A stretch of 64,000 nucleotides of DNA. Origin: Fibrobacteria bacterium. Its GTDB lineage: Bacteria > Fibrobacterota > Fibrobacteria > UBA11236. Positions 10,507 through 19,791 of this stretch are shown in pieces. The notes below the pieces were generated by a model. It was not told the DNA's origin. It saw nothing but the letters and a program-made list of their open reading frames with translations, and made no database searches. Position 1 is the stretch's first letter, and the number at the start of each line of letters is the position of its first letter. Location: NCBI GenBank assembly GCA_043732185.1, contig JAYTHY010000094.1:1-64000 (forward strand), read 5' to 3'. The position numbers were made by a program, and so were the translations under genes.

Positions 10507-13482
10507 ATGTTCCGCCTAGGCATATTGGCAGGACTGTCGGTGTTTCTAGCGGCAACCCCGTTGACTTCCACCGCCGGCCTCAACCTCGACGGAGTTTTTT
10601 CCTTCGATGGCAGCGGCACGGGCGTCCCAGTTTTCGGCTTCCTAAAGTTGCCTACCTCAGCGCGCAGCATCGGCCTGGCAGCGGCGACCCTGACTACGGA
10701 TGAAGAGGCCACCATGGTCCAAGGAAACCCCGCCGGACTTGGGCTGGTTCGCGATTACGATTATTCCTTTTCGCATGCAGAAATACTCGGTGAGTTTCGT
10801 CACGAAAATATTGCTTTTGCCTGGCCGACGCAAGATTGGGGCGGTTTTGGCGGATCGGCCAACATACTTTCAACCACCGCATTCGAGGACGCACGCGATA
10901 TTGACGAAAACCCGACTAAGCCAACAGCCTCCGATATGGCTTTTGGACTGGCTTACGGCCGTGAACTGCTGGATGGGCTCATTCTAACCGGGGGACGACT
11001 GGATCTCATTCGCAGTACCTTGGACGGAACCCGGGCCTATGGGTATGGTATGAATGCGGGTATCCTGTTTCTACTCATGCACGATATCCGATTGGCAGTG
11101 GTGCTTAAAAATCTTTCGCAAGGCGTCCAGTACGATACGCGAACGGCACCTGTGGAGCCTCTGCCATTAGGCCTGGGCGTGGAACTGGGTAAACCCTTGC
11201 TCGACACGCGCTGGTCTCTACAAGTTGGCTTACAGCACAGCAATGAAGGAGTGACTCATTATTATGCAGGAGGCGAAGCACGTCCCATTCCCTATGTAGT
11301 TTTGCGCATGGGATATGATGGTTCTTTGCAGGATAGGCAACTGGGAACATGGGCTGGATTAGCCATGGGTATTGGCATTAAGTATGACAACCTCACTTTG
11401 GATTATGGCTACAAGGCCCTCGGACCACTAGGCGCGTACCATGCCTTTTCCTTGAACTATTCCCATAAGGCCAAATTCCGACCTAAGGACGAAGTGTTGA
11501 TGGAGGCCTCCCAGGCTAAATATCAAAAGGGCAAATACACTCAGGCGTTGAACCTGGCGCGAGCCGCAGTCGCCGCCAACCCATACAATTTCAAAGCACA
11601 AGCCTTGGTGCAAAAATTGCAGTTCGAGATCAACCGCGGCAATGGAAGCGCCATCAGCATTTATTACACAGCCAATACCGATGGTCATCTGTCTCCCGAA
11701 TGGAAAAACGGGAGGCCGATTGGAGGATTGGCACGCCGGAAGACCAAGTTGCTGGAACTTAAAGGGACTCCTGGAAAATCCTTGTTCCTGGATGCGGGCA
11801 ACTTAACGGATGCCAAGGCAACGGTAGGCCAGGAACACTACCTATACGGTGCTTACGCGCAGATGCCGTATGATGTGGTGAATGTCGGCGGCGCGGAACT
11901 CGCCATGGGTCGAGACCGCTGGGATAGCCGATTGCCGCTGCTTTCCAGCCAGAAGCCATTGAGCGAAGGCTTGGATCGTTTGACTTCCGAAAAAATTCTG
12001 AAATTGAAACTCGGCGGAGAAATACGGGTACTTGGAGGTATGGATCCGGCGAATATTAAAGGAGACCCACTCAAAGGCAAGACCCTCGAGGCAGTAGCAG
12101 ACATGGTACGTAGGAGCATGGGCGATCCCAAACAGCAACGCATTCTCATTGTTTTATTCAATGGCACCTTCCAAAGCGCCCGACTATTGGCTGACAAAGT
12201 TCCCGATATTGACGCCATTATCTTATCCGGTGAACCCCAGATGTTTGGAAGTCCCATGAAGGTCGGCAACACCCTAATCTGTTCACCGGGCCGGGGCGGC
12301 ACCCATGTGGGCGATCTGACTTTCCTCCTGGACAGCCTGGGGGAAATCCACTCCTTCCGTCACTTCCTGCTCCCGCTCGACGCCTCCATTCCGGAAGATC
12401 CCGAACTAAAGAAATTTTTATCCCCCGTTACCGTGGATCCCAATCAGTTCACCTTGGAAGGCAATGATGACGACTATCACGCACAGGTTTTTGCCTATAT
12501 CCAATCGGCTGATATGGACGAGGAGAGCAGGCTGTTCCTGCATGATATGCATACGGGTCGGGAGTACGAAATTCCAACGGAGGGCCTATCCTGTGCGCAG
12601 CCCACTTTGGGATACGGAAAGAACAAAGTTGCCTTTATAGGCGAAGAGGGTGCCGGGATAAAGGAAATTTACAGTTATGCGCCTGCTCCAGGCAAGTTGG
12701 ACACTCTGACCAGAATGGGTGGTCGTGCCTTGGATATCCATTGGATATTGGATAACAATGCCCTTCTGGCTGTGTATGAACTGGACGGGAAACAGGACCT
12801 CTATCGCATCGACCCTTGGAACCATGAAGTGCGCAATTTGACCCAGGGACGATTTGGTCAGGTTCAGGGATTTTCCGTAACTAAATCCGGTGACCGACTG
12901 GCTCTCAATTCTTGGCAAGCCGGGGCGAGTACCCTGTGGGTTACCAATCTTGAATTGGAATCGCCTTTGACTGTGGCCAGTAAAAGGCAAATTTTAGGCT
13001 CGCCAGCGTGGAATGCGCAAGGTGATAAGCTTGCGTTTCTGGAAGGCTCGACTCAAACCGATTCTAAGGCACCTCAAGCCGATTCAACGGCTCTGCAAGT
13101 TGGCCAGACAAAGACGCAGGACCTTACCGGAGAATTACGCGTATTGGATTTTACGGGGAAAAAGATGCTTACGGCTACGGAAAAAAGTCATGTGCGCGGC
13201 TTCTCATGGTCCGTGGATGGAAAGCGCGTCTTCTACTACGCCGGCATCAACTTAACCGATATCAATGTTTTCAATCTTGATTCCTTAACCTTGAACAAAG
13301 TCACGCAGATGGCTCCAAAACCAAGAAGCGAAGAAAACCCCGTGCCTAAGTTATTCGGAAACCGCGACGGATTGCTCTTCGAGTCCGTTACTGAGGGTCA
13401 TCGAAAAATTATCTGGGTCGATCTATCCACTAAGCAGGAAAAGGTGCTGGCTGATTCTACAGCGCTCAATAGTTTAAAATGA
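10507..13482 (+). CDS. PorV/PorQ-family beta-barrel fused to TPR, degenerate 5'-nucleotidase/metallophosphoesterase-like domain and TolB-like beta-propeller
   Basis: Signal peptide; FLKLPTSARSIGL...NPAGL PorV/FadL-type N-terminus; barrel end LDYGY...HAFSLNY; TPR (YQKGKYTQAL...ANPYN); TANTDGHL...GGLARR...LDAGN; PD40-like SPAWNAQGDKLAF and FSWSVDGKRVFY. Confidence 0.7.
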   Translation: MFRLGILAGLSVFLAATPLTSTAGLNLDGVFSFDGSGTGVPVFGFLKLPTSARSIGLAAATLTTDEEATMVQGNPAGLGLVRDYDYSFSHAEILGEFRHENIAFAWPTQDWGGFGGSANILSTTAFEDARDIDENPTKPTASDMAFGLAYGRELLDGLILTGGRLDLIRSTLDGTRAYGYGMNAGILFLLMHDIRLAVVLKNLSQGVQYDTRTAPVEPLPLGLGVELGKPLLDTRWSLQVGLQHSNEGVTHYYAGGEARPIPYVVLRMGYDGSLQDRQLGTWAGLAMGIGIKYDNLTLDYGYKALGPLGAYHAFSLNYSHKAKFRPKDEVLMEASQAKYQKGKYTQALNLARAAVAANPYNFKAQALVQKLQFEINRGNGSAISIYYTANTDGHLSPEWKNGRPIGGLARRKTKLLELKGTPGKSLFLDAGNLTDAKATVGQEHYLYGAYAQMPYDVVNVGGAELAMGRDRWDSRLPLLSSQKPLSEGLDRLTSEKILKLKLGGEIRVLGGMDPANIKGDPLKGKTLEAVADMVRRSMGDPKQQRILIVLFNGTFQSARLLADKVPDIDAIILSGEPQMFGSPMKVGNTLICSPGRGGTHVGDLTFLLDSLGEIHSFRHFLLPLDASIPEDPELKKFLSPVTVDPNQFTLEGNDDDYHAQVFAYIQSADMDEESRLFLHDMHTGREYEIPTEGLSCAQPTLGYGKNKVAFIGEEGAGIKEIYSYAPAPGKLDTLTRMGGRALDIHWILDNNALLAVYELDGKQDLYRIDPWNHEVRNLTQGRFGQVQGFSVTKSGDRLALNSWQAGASTLWVTNLELESPLTVASKRQILGSPAWNAQGDKLAFLEGSTQTDSKAPQADSTALQVGQTKTQDLTGELRVLDFTGKKMLTATEKSHVRGFSWSVDGKRVFYYAGINLTDINVFNLDSLTLNKVTQMAPKPRSEENPVPKLFGNRDGLLFESVTEGHRKIIWVDLSTKQEKVLADSTALNSLK

Positions 13483-13504
13483 ACTGGAACGCCGGGGGGT
13501 TAGC

Positions 13505-13545
13505 GCTAGCGCCCTACCACGGTGCTAGGGCTAGCGCCCTACCAC
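13505..13545. repeat. 16-bp direct repeat GCTAGCGCCCTACCAC (13505-13520, 13530-13545) duplicating the 3' end of the PilZ gene
   Basis: Exact repeat seen in sequence between convergent genes; also forms an imperfect inverted repeat. Confidence 0.8.
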
Positions 13546-13854
13546 TTGATTGAACCACTTAATGAGGTCGAATTTTTGGGTGTCATCCATGGGCTGGAAT
13601 CGAACCCCGATGCCTTTAAGGCCCGGCTCGTCGACCACCCACAAGATTTGGGAATAGATTCCATTCAGGGTGGGGTTGTATTGGCTATGGACCAGGATCA
13701 CATCCCCTTCTTTGAGCCCAAATCCGCCTTCCAGGAAACAACCGCCCAAATTGACGTTGAGAATATGCGAATTAAAAACCTGACCGCTTTCTAAAGTGAT
13801 TTGTGCCGTAACGGCCACGGGCCAGCGATCGGCCACCCTTCGTTCATTGGACAT
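13531..13854 (-). CDS. Single-domain PilZ protein (candidate c-di-GMP receptor)
   Basis: ERRVADR (RxxxR), NVNLGGCF (variant of D/NxSxxG), GIGVRF. Confidence 0.85.
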   Translation of the reverse strand: MSNERRVADRWPVAVTAQITLESGQVFNSHILNVNLGGCFLEGGFGLKEGDVILVHSQYNPTLNGIYSQILWVVDEPGLKGIGVRFQPMDDTQKFDLIKWFNQVVGR

Positions 13855-13927
13855 AGCAGTTTACCTCAACCCTATCATAGTACAGACAGGGTTGAAAAGT
13901 AAACAGAATACACTTGGAACGGTGTAG

Positions 13928-14662
13928 CTACCCCGCGGAAACGGCTTCGGAAGCGCGTTCCTGGGCGGTTTTGCAGTCGATGCACATTTTAGCGGTTGGC
14001 ACCGCTTCCAGACGCGGTTTCGGAATCAGTTTCCCGCATTTTTTGCAAACACCAAAGGTCCCGTTCCGGACGCGGTCCAGGGCTTCTTCGATATAGTACA
14101 GGAATTTGCCTTCCCGGCTGGCCATGTGAAAAGCCTGTTCCCGATCCTGGGTTTCGGTTGCATGATCGGCCAAATGGTAGGCATGGCTGGATAAATCCCC
14201 AGCGCCCTCCTTAGAAGAAAGCCGCATGGTATTGTCTTCCAAATATCCAAGCTCCTGAAGCAGGGTCTCTTTTTTTTCATTCAGCAAATTTTCAAAAAAC
14301 TTCAATTCGGGTTTCAGCATTCGAGCCTTGGGACCGGCTGGAGCTACGGGGGCTTCCACCTTAACGGCAGGCTTGCTTGCCGGCGCATTGCTTATCGGGG
14401 CTTTATTCTCGGTATCCTTGTTCACAGTATCCTTTTTGAGAGTTGTATTGCTCACTGGCGCTTTGGTTTCTGGAGATTTGGCCAGCGGGGTCTTGGTAGT
14501 CGTGGCTTTAGTCGCCGGGCCTTTGGCAGGTGGGGCCTTGGCTACTGGGGCTTTGGCGACTGGCGCTTTGGTTGCTGGAGTTTTACTGGTGGCCGACTTG
14601 GCCGCAACTGCTTTAGAGGCAGAGGCTTTGGATGAAATCTCCTTACTGGAGGTCTTTTTCAT
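13928..14662 (-). CDS. TraR/DksA family C4 Zn-finger regulator with long Lys/Ala/Pro/Thr-rich N-terminal extension
   Basis: HLADHATE coiled-coil tip, IEEALDRVRNGTFGVCKKC...IPKPRLEAVP...CIDC; KAPVA-type pentapeptide repeats. Confidence 0.85.
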   Translation of the reverse strand: MKKTSSKEISSKASASKAVAAKSATSKTPATKAPVAKAPVAKAPPAKGPATKATTTKTPLAKSPETKAPVSNTTLKKDTVNKDTENKAPISNAPASKPAVKVEAPVAPAGPKARMLKPELKFFENLLNEKKETLLQELGYLEDNTMRLSSKEGAGDLSSHAYHLADHATETQDREQAFHMASREGKFLYYIEEALDRVRNGTFGVCKKCGKLIPKPRLEAVPTAKMCIDCKTAQERASEAVSAG

Positions 14663-14681
14663 AGCAGGCTATCCTTTCAAC

Positions 14682-17600
14682 CTAAACTTTTTTCATAACT
14701 GAAAATAAAGCTGTTTCGCCGTTAATATCCAACGAGTTTCCATCATTTTCAGCCACTGATTCGGAAAAACCCAGAAAACCGGCTAGAACCTCAGCGGAAA
14801 TATAGGAAAGGTGGGTTTCAACCGCCTCACGAAATAGGACCGAATCGGTTTTGACAAAAACCTCTACCGGATCGGTAACTTCCAGCCCGGAATCCTTACG
14901 TAAATTTTGAATTTTGCTGACGCATTCTCGGGCCAGCATTTCCAGGCGCAGTTCCTGGTCAATGCGGGTATCCAAAGCTACGGTTAAGTCGGCACTGGCT
15001 TCCACCACCAATCCTGGCTTAACCTCACGGATGACTAAGATATCTTCCGCCACTATTTTACCCTCTGCCAAACTTATCGATTGGCCTGAAAGGAGAGATT
15101 TTATCTCTTGATGGGATAGAAGTGCAACTTTTTCCGCTACCGTCTTCATGTTTTTTCCCAAGCGTTTGCCCAGGCTTTTGAAATTGGCTTTGGCGGCATA
15201 CGTCACCAAAGTGGATTCATCCAGCGAGACGTCCACGGTTTTGATGTTCAGCTCTTCTCGAATCAAGTCTTCCATGGCCAGGAATTCCTGTCTTTGCGCT
15301 TCATTGCGAGCCACCACAATCAGTTTTCGCAAGGGCTGGCGATTTTTGATGCTGTGGAGCGAGCGTAAGGAACGGCCCAGATTTACGGCTTCCCGCACAC
15401 GTACCATCTTGGCATTGAGAGCTGGGTCGTGCTGGGTGGGGTCAAACTGTGGAAACAGGCACAGGTGTACGGAAATCGGTTCGGATAATGTGCCTGGTTC
15501 ACGGACCAGTATTTGATACAACTCCTCGGCCAAAAAGGGCAAGAAGGGCGCTAGTACCTTGGAAAATTCAACCAATACCCGGTACAGGGTTGCGTAGGCA
15601 TAATTCTTGTCTTGATCGTTTTCACTCTTCCAAAAGCGACGGCGCGAACGCCGGATATACCAGTTGGTGAGATCGTCAATGAAAGCAAGTACGGCAGGCA
15701 CCACGTTGTACAGGCGATAGGCATCCATTTCCGTTTGAACCTTGGCCAACAATTCCTGGAGGTCGGACAGAATCCAGCGGTCGAGCTCGTTTTTCGAATG
15801 GAGATCCGCGCCCGGCCGCCAGGCGAGCTGTCCTTTGCCGGAATCAGCATTGGCATACGTCACAAACAAGGATAGGGAATTCCAAAGAGGTAGAAGTACC
15901 GCCCGCATGATGTTCTTGACACCGAGCTCGCTGAACTTCAGTTCCTCCGCTTTGACAGCCGCCGAGTCGATCATGAACAGACGAATAGCATCCGCGCACG
16001 TGCGGTCGATGAGTTCATTGGGATTGGGATAGTTCTGCAAGCGTTTGGACATTTTCTGACCGTCTTCGGCGAGAATGATTCCGTTGACTATCACATTTTT
16101 GAAAGCGGGCTTTTGAAAAAGGGCCGCACCCAAAACAGTCAGGGTATAGAACCAGCCGCGCGTTTGATCGAGCCCTTCAGCAATAAAGTCAGCAGGGAAA
16201 TTGTGCTGGAACCATTCCCGGTTTTCAAACGGGTAATGCGGCTGGGCATAGGGCATGGATCCAGACTCGAACCAGCAGTCTAAAACCTCCGGTGTGCGAA
16301 AATATTCCTTGCCGGCAGGATCGCGGTTTTTTTTGTCAAAGGTTTTAATGACAAGCTTGTCAACAACATGCTTATGCAAATCCTCAACTTTTTCACCCGT
16401 CAACGCTTCCAGCTCCTGCACACCGCCGATGCAAAGCATGTCGCCATCCTGGGCGATCCAAACCGGAATGCACGTGCCCCAAAACCGATTGCGGGAAAGA
16501 TTCCAATCTCTAGCCCCGTCCAACCATTTTCCAAAGCGGCCGGTTTTGATATGCTCGGGAACCCAGTTGACTTGGCTGTTACAATCGATCATCCATTGCT
16601 TAAGTGTCTTGGTCACACCTTCCGCGTCCGTGATTTCTTTTTCCAAACTAAGGAACCAATTCTTCTGGGCCCGGTACAGCAAGGGCACATCCGTGCGCCA
16701 ACAATGCGGGTAACTGTGCACGAACGTTTCATGCTTGAATACGCGCCCATCCGCTTTGAGCTTTTGCAAAATGGACTTGTCGGCATCTTTGGCGCCAACG
16801 CCTTCCCACTCAGGCACCAAGTTCGTAAACCGGCCCTCGGCATCGAGCGGATCAAAAAGTCCCAAGCCTTCCCTTTGGCCAAGTTGAAAGTCGTCTTCTC
16901 CAAATGAAGGGGCAATATGCACAACACCGGTGCCATCCTCGGCACTGACGAAATCCGCTAGTAGAATCGTGTACTGCTTTTCAGTCATGTAAGGCATATA
17001 CTCAAAAAGCGGTTTGTAACGACGCCCGGCGAAGGCTTTACCTTGGCGGGTTTCGAGAATATGTACCGCCTGACCTTTAAAATATCCTTCTCGACGAGCG
17101 GCGGCGATCCAATATTTTTTCCCGTCCAGCTCCACCAGTTCATAGTCGAGATCGGGATGGATGGCCAAGGCCATATTGCTGGGCAAGGTCCAGGGCGTAG
17201 TGGTCCAAACCAGAAAACTTTCGCCGGACTCCAGAGGAAACGTCAAGGTTACGGACGGATCTTGACGATCCCGGTAGCCTTGGTTGACCTCAAAGTTTGA
17301 AAGTGAAGTGGCCAAGGCCGGGCTGTAAGGCTGAATACGATACCCTTGGTAGATGAGCCCCTTGTCAAAACATTGCTTAAAGACCCACCATACCGATTCC
17401 ATAAAGGACAGGTCCATGGTTTTGTATTCATTGTCAAAATCCACCCAGCGGCCCATGCGGCCCACGGTCTTGCGCCACTCGGCGGTATAGGTAAGCACGC
17501 TGGCACGGCAGGCTTGGTTGAAATTGTCCACACCAAAGGCATGGATGTCCCGGACTGTTTTAAGATTCAACTTGTCTTGAATCAGATTTTCGATAGGGAG

Positions 17601-17885
17601 TCCGTGGCAATCCCAGCCAAACCGCCGCTCAACGCGGTAACCCTTCATGGTCCAATACCGGGGAACAATATCCTTGATGGTTCCGGCCAAGAGATGGCCG
17701 TAATGGGGAAGCCCTGTGGCAAAGGGCGGACCATCGTTAAACGTAAAAGTTTTGGCAGAGGGGCGGGAATCCACGCTTTTTTTGAAGCTTTGGTCCACGG
17801 CCCAAAGCTTGAGGATGCGTTCCTCCATTTCAGGAAAACTTTGGCTTTTATCCAGATTTCGGAATAGGGTCACCGTGTCATCCAC
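14682..17885 (-). CDS. ileS: Isoleucine--tRNA ligase (type 2, eukaryote/archaea-like)
   Basis: DGPPFATGLPHYGH, FGWDCHGLP, WTTTPWTLPSN, EGLDQTRGWFY, KMSKR; long C-terminus lacking the type 1 Zn finger. Confidence 0.97.
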   Translation of the reverse strand: MDDTVTLFRNLDKSQSFPEMEERILKLWAVDQSFKKSVDSRPSAKTFTFNDGPPFATGLPHYGHLLAGTIKDIVPRYWTMKGYRVERRFGWDCHGLPIENLIQDKLNLKTVRDIHAFGVDNFNQACRASVLTYTAEWRKTVGRMGRWVDFDNEYKTMDLSFMESVWWVFKQCFDKGLIYQGYRIQPYSPALATSLSNFEVNQGYRDRQDPSVTLTFPLESGESFLVWTTTPWTLPSNMALAIHPDLDYELVELDGKKYWIAAARREGYFKGQAVHILETRQGKAFAGRRYKPLFEYMPYMTEKQYTILLADFVSAEDGTGVVHIAPSFGEDDFQLGQREGLGLFDPLDAEGRFTNLVPEWEGVGAKDADKSILQKLKADGRVFKHETFVHSYPHCWRTDVPLLYRAQKNWFLSLEKEITDAEGVTKTLKQWMIDCNSQVNWVPEHIKTGRFGKWLDGARDWNLSRNRFWGTCIPVWIAQDGDMLCIGGVQELEALTGEKVEDLHKHVVDKLVIKTFDKKNRDPAGKEYFRTPEVLDCWFESGSMPYAQPHYPFENREWFQHNFPADFIAEGLDQTRGWFYTLTVLGAALFQKPAFKNVIVNGIILAEDGQKMSKRLQNYPNPNELIDRTCADAIRLFMIDSAAVKAEELKFSELGVKNIMRAVLLPLWNSLSLFVTYANADSGKGQLAWRPGADLHSKNELDRWILSDLQELLAKVQTEMDAYRLYNVVPAVLAFIDDLTNWYIRRSRRRFWKSENDQDKNYAYATLYRVLVEFSKVLAPFLPFLAEELYQILVREPGTLSEPISVHLCLFPQFDPTQHDPALNAKMVRVREAVNLGRSLRSLHSIKNRQPLRKLIVVARNEAQRQEFLAMEDLIREELNIKTVDVSLDESTLVTYAAKANFKSLGKRLGKNMKTVAEKVALLSHQEIKSLLSGQSISLAEGKIVAEDILVIREVKPGLVVEASADLTVALDTRIDQELRLEMLARECVSKIQNLRKDSGLEVTDPVEVFVKTDSVLFREAVETHLSYISAEVLAGFLGFSESVAENDGNSLDINGETALFSVMKKV

Positions 17886-17972
17886 CAGAGGAAGGGGCGG
17901 TGAAATTTAACAAAATTACTTGCGGGAGAGGGGTAGGAACCCCATTTTCAGCCGCAGTGCAACGAGTTTAGA

Positions 17973-19739
17973 TCAATCTAGTCCGCCATAATCGCGCTTC
18001 CAACTTGCGGTGGGCTTGCCCTTAAGCTGGGGACGGGCAATATTTGTGACCATGCGACTCACTGATGCGCCTGGACAGCGCTCACATTGATACAAATCAA
18101 AATCATAGGTCTTTCCGAAAGTGAGGCCCGTCATTGCATCAAGATCCACATAGGCTGAAGCAGACGTATGCACTCCGCCTAAGTCAATGACTTGTTTACC
18201 ATCGATAAACACCCACACATCGTCATCGCCCCAAAAATCGAATTTGAGGCCAGACTGATATTTAAAGGTGGTATGCAATTCGGTACAGAAGGAAAAATTA
18301 TGTCCCCATCCAGGAGGGTCCTCAACAGGCTTTCCCGCAATCGTATCCAACGGAAAATAGCCTGGCTCAGTGCCATCCATTTTGCGGCTGAAAACATACG
18401 TCTCGGGACCTTGGGTTGGATCGAGAATGAATGGTAGGGAATCGTAATACTTCACGTTTTTCCACCGGTCGGTTACCGCGTCAACATGCGTATTGGCACA
18501 GCCTGTAAAAGGAGCATAATCGTAAACATCTTTAACAGGTACCCAATCCTTAAACCACATGTTGACGCCGCAATTGAGCGCACCGTCAATGTCGGCACCG
18601 TGAGTGGGTTTTGGTATTTTCGATCGGCCAAAATAATCGGCGTCCTTTGAAGTGTAGTCCGTAAGGGTACTCTTGACCATGCCGGGAATGACATTGCAGC
18701 ACAACATCTTTGCACCCGTCTGCCAGTCCCCCCAAAATTCCGGATTGGTTTGATCGTTCACAAAATCATAATGAATCACTTTAAGCCAAATCATATCCGG
18801 CAAAGCAGAAGGATCGCCTTTCAAAGAAAGCAATTGGTGCAAGGGCGTTCGAAAGGCCGTGTCGGTAGGGCTGCCGGCCTTGGTGTCAATAGCCTCGGTG
18901 AAAATCTGGTATTGATCCTGCCCTGACCCGGAAACGGAATAATGTACCGGAACTGAACCCACGGTTATCTTACCCGGATAAACGGCTTCCGCCCCATACT
19001 TGCTTAGGTACGGTCCGGAAATGGGCCGCTCATTAAAAAATTCCGGTCCATTCCAACCCACCATGCCAATATCGAAACCCGCATCTTCCGTATGGTAGTA
19101 TTCGAAATAATACCGCTGTCCCGCGACAAGAGGAATGGACTTGGAAACCGCTGTACCCGTGTCCGGCCATGTAACCGAAAATTTATCTAGGAAACAGGTT
19201 GGCGTGTATGGCAAATTTTCTGGTTTCGCATCCGTACTCAAATAAAAAGCCGAAGCGAAATCAGACCGGGTGAAAAAGGTATACACACCTGTAAGGGGTG
19301 GAATGATCCATCCTGTCCATTGTATACCATAATTGTCCTCATCCAGATGGGATCCCAGGTAATCGGATGTTAACATTTTGCTTGGATTGGGATTCGTAAG
19401 AATGGTAAACTTGAGTGCGGCGACACTTGTGCCACCGATGCCATACCATTGTTTGCCTATTATTTGCCCCGTCCGCGTCGTGTCCACATACTTATTCGCC
19501 TTGCCATTGATCAGTTCCTGGGCCAGTAAGGTCATGAGACCATCCGAGGCGCTAAAGGTTTCAAAACGATGCCGGTAATTGAGCGCGGACATACGGCCCA
19601 TTTTCCCGTTGTACAGGGTGCCGACGGAAATGGCCGTAACCCCCAGGATAAGAATGATGGTAAAGGCAAGGACAAAGCCTTGCGAATTGGGTCGCTTGGT
19701 GTTAAAACTCGGTTGGATAAGTGATTTCTGGCTCATCAA
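17973..19739 (-). CDS. PilX-like pilin fused to PA14 and fibro-slime domains (paralog 2)
   Basis: G|FVLAFTIILILGV prepilin helix without Glu5; PA14 DNYGIQWTGWIIPPLTGVYTF...LVAGQRYYF; fibro-slime HNFSFCTELH...GDDDVWVFIDG...DLGGVH; GGAGG RBS. Confidence 0.85.
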   Translation of the reverse strand: MMSQKSLIQPSFNTKRPNSQGFVLAFTIILILGVTAISVGTLYNGKMGRMSALNYRHRFETFSASDGLMTLLAQELINGKANKYVDTTRTGQIIGKQWYGIGGTSVAALKFTILTNPNPSKMLTSDYLGSHLDEDNYGIQWTGWIIPPLTGVYTFFTRSDFASAFYLSTDAKPENLPYTPTCFLDKFSVTWPDTGTAVSKSIPLVAGQRYYFEYYHTEDAGFDIGMVGWNGPEFFNERPISGPYLSKYGAEAVYPGKITVGSVPVHYSVSGSGQDQYQIFTEAIDTKAGSPTDTAFRTPLHQLLSLKGDPSALPDMIWLKVIHYDFVNDQTNPEFWGDWQTGAKMLCCNVIPGMVKSTLTDYTSKDADYFGRSKIPKPTHGADIDGALNCGVNMWFKDWVPVKDVYDYAPFTGCANTHVDAVTDRWKNVKYYDSLPFILDPTQGPETYVFSRKMDGTEPGYFPLDTIAGKPVEDPPGWGHNFSFCTELHTTFKYQSGLKFDFWGDDDVWVFIDGKQVIDLGGVHTSASAYVDLDAMTGLTFGKTYDFDLYQCERCPGASVSRMVTNIARPQLKGKPTASWKRDYGGLD

Positions 19740-19791
19740 TCCTCCTTCGAGATCACTGCGTTGTAGAACAAAAATTTACGGTCTACACAAC

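Noticed and set aside
14682..17885. Type 2 IleRS as a mupirocin hyper-resistance variant
   Set aside because: The signature is canonical HYGH, not the swapped GxHH form; type 2 IleRS is ordinary in FCB bacteria
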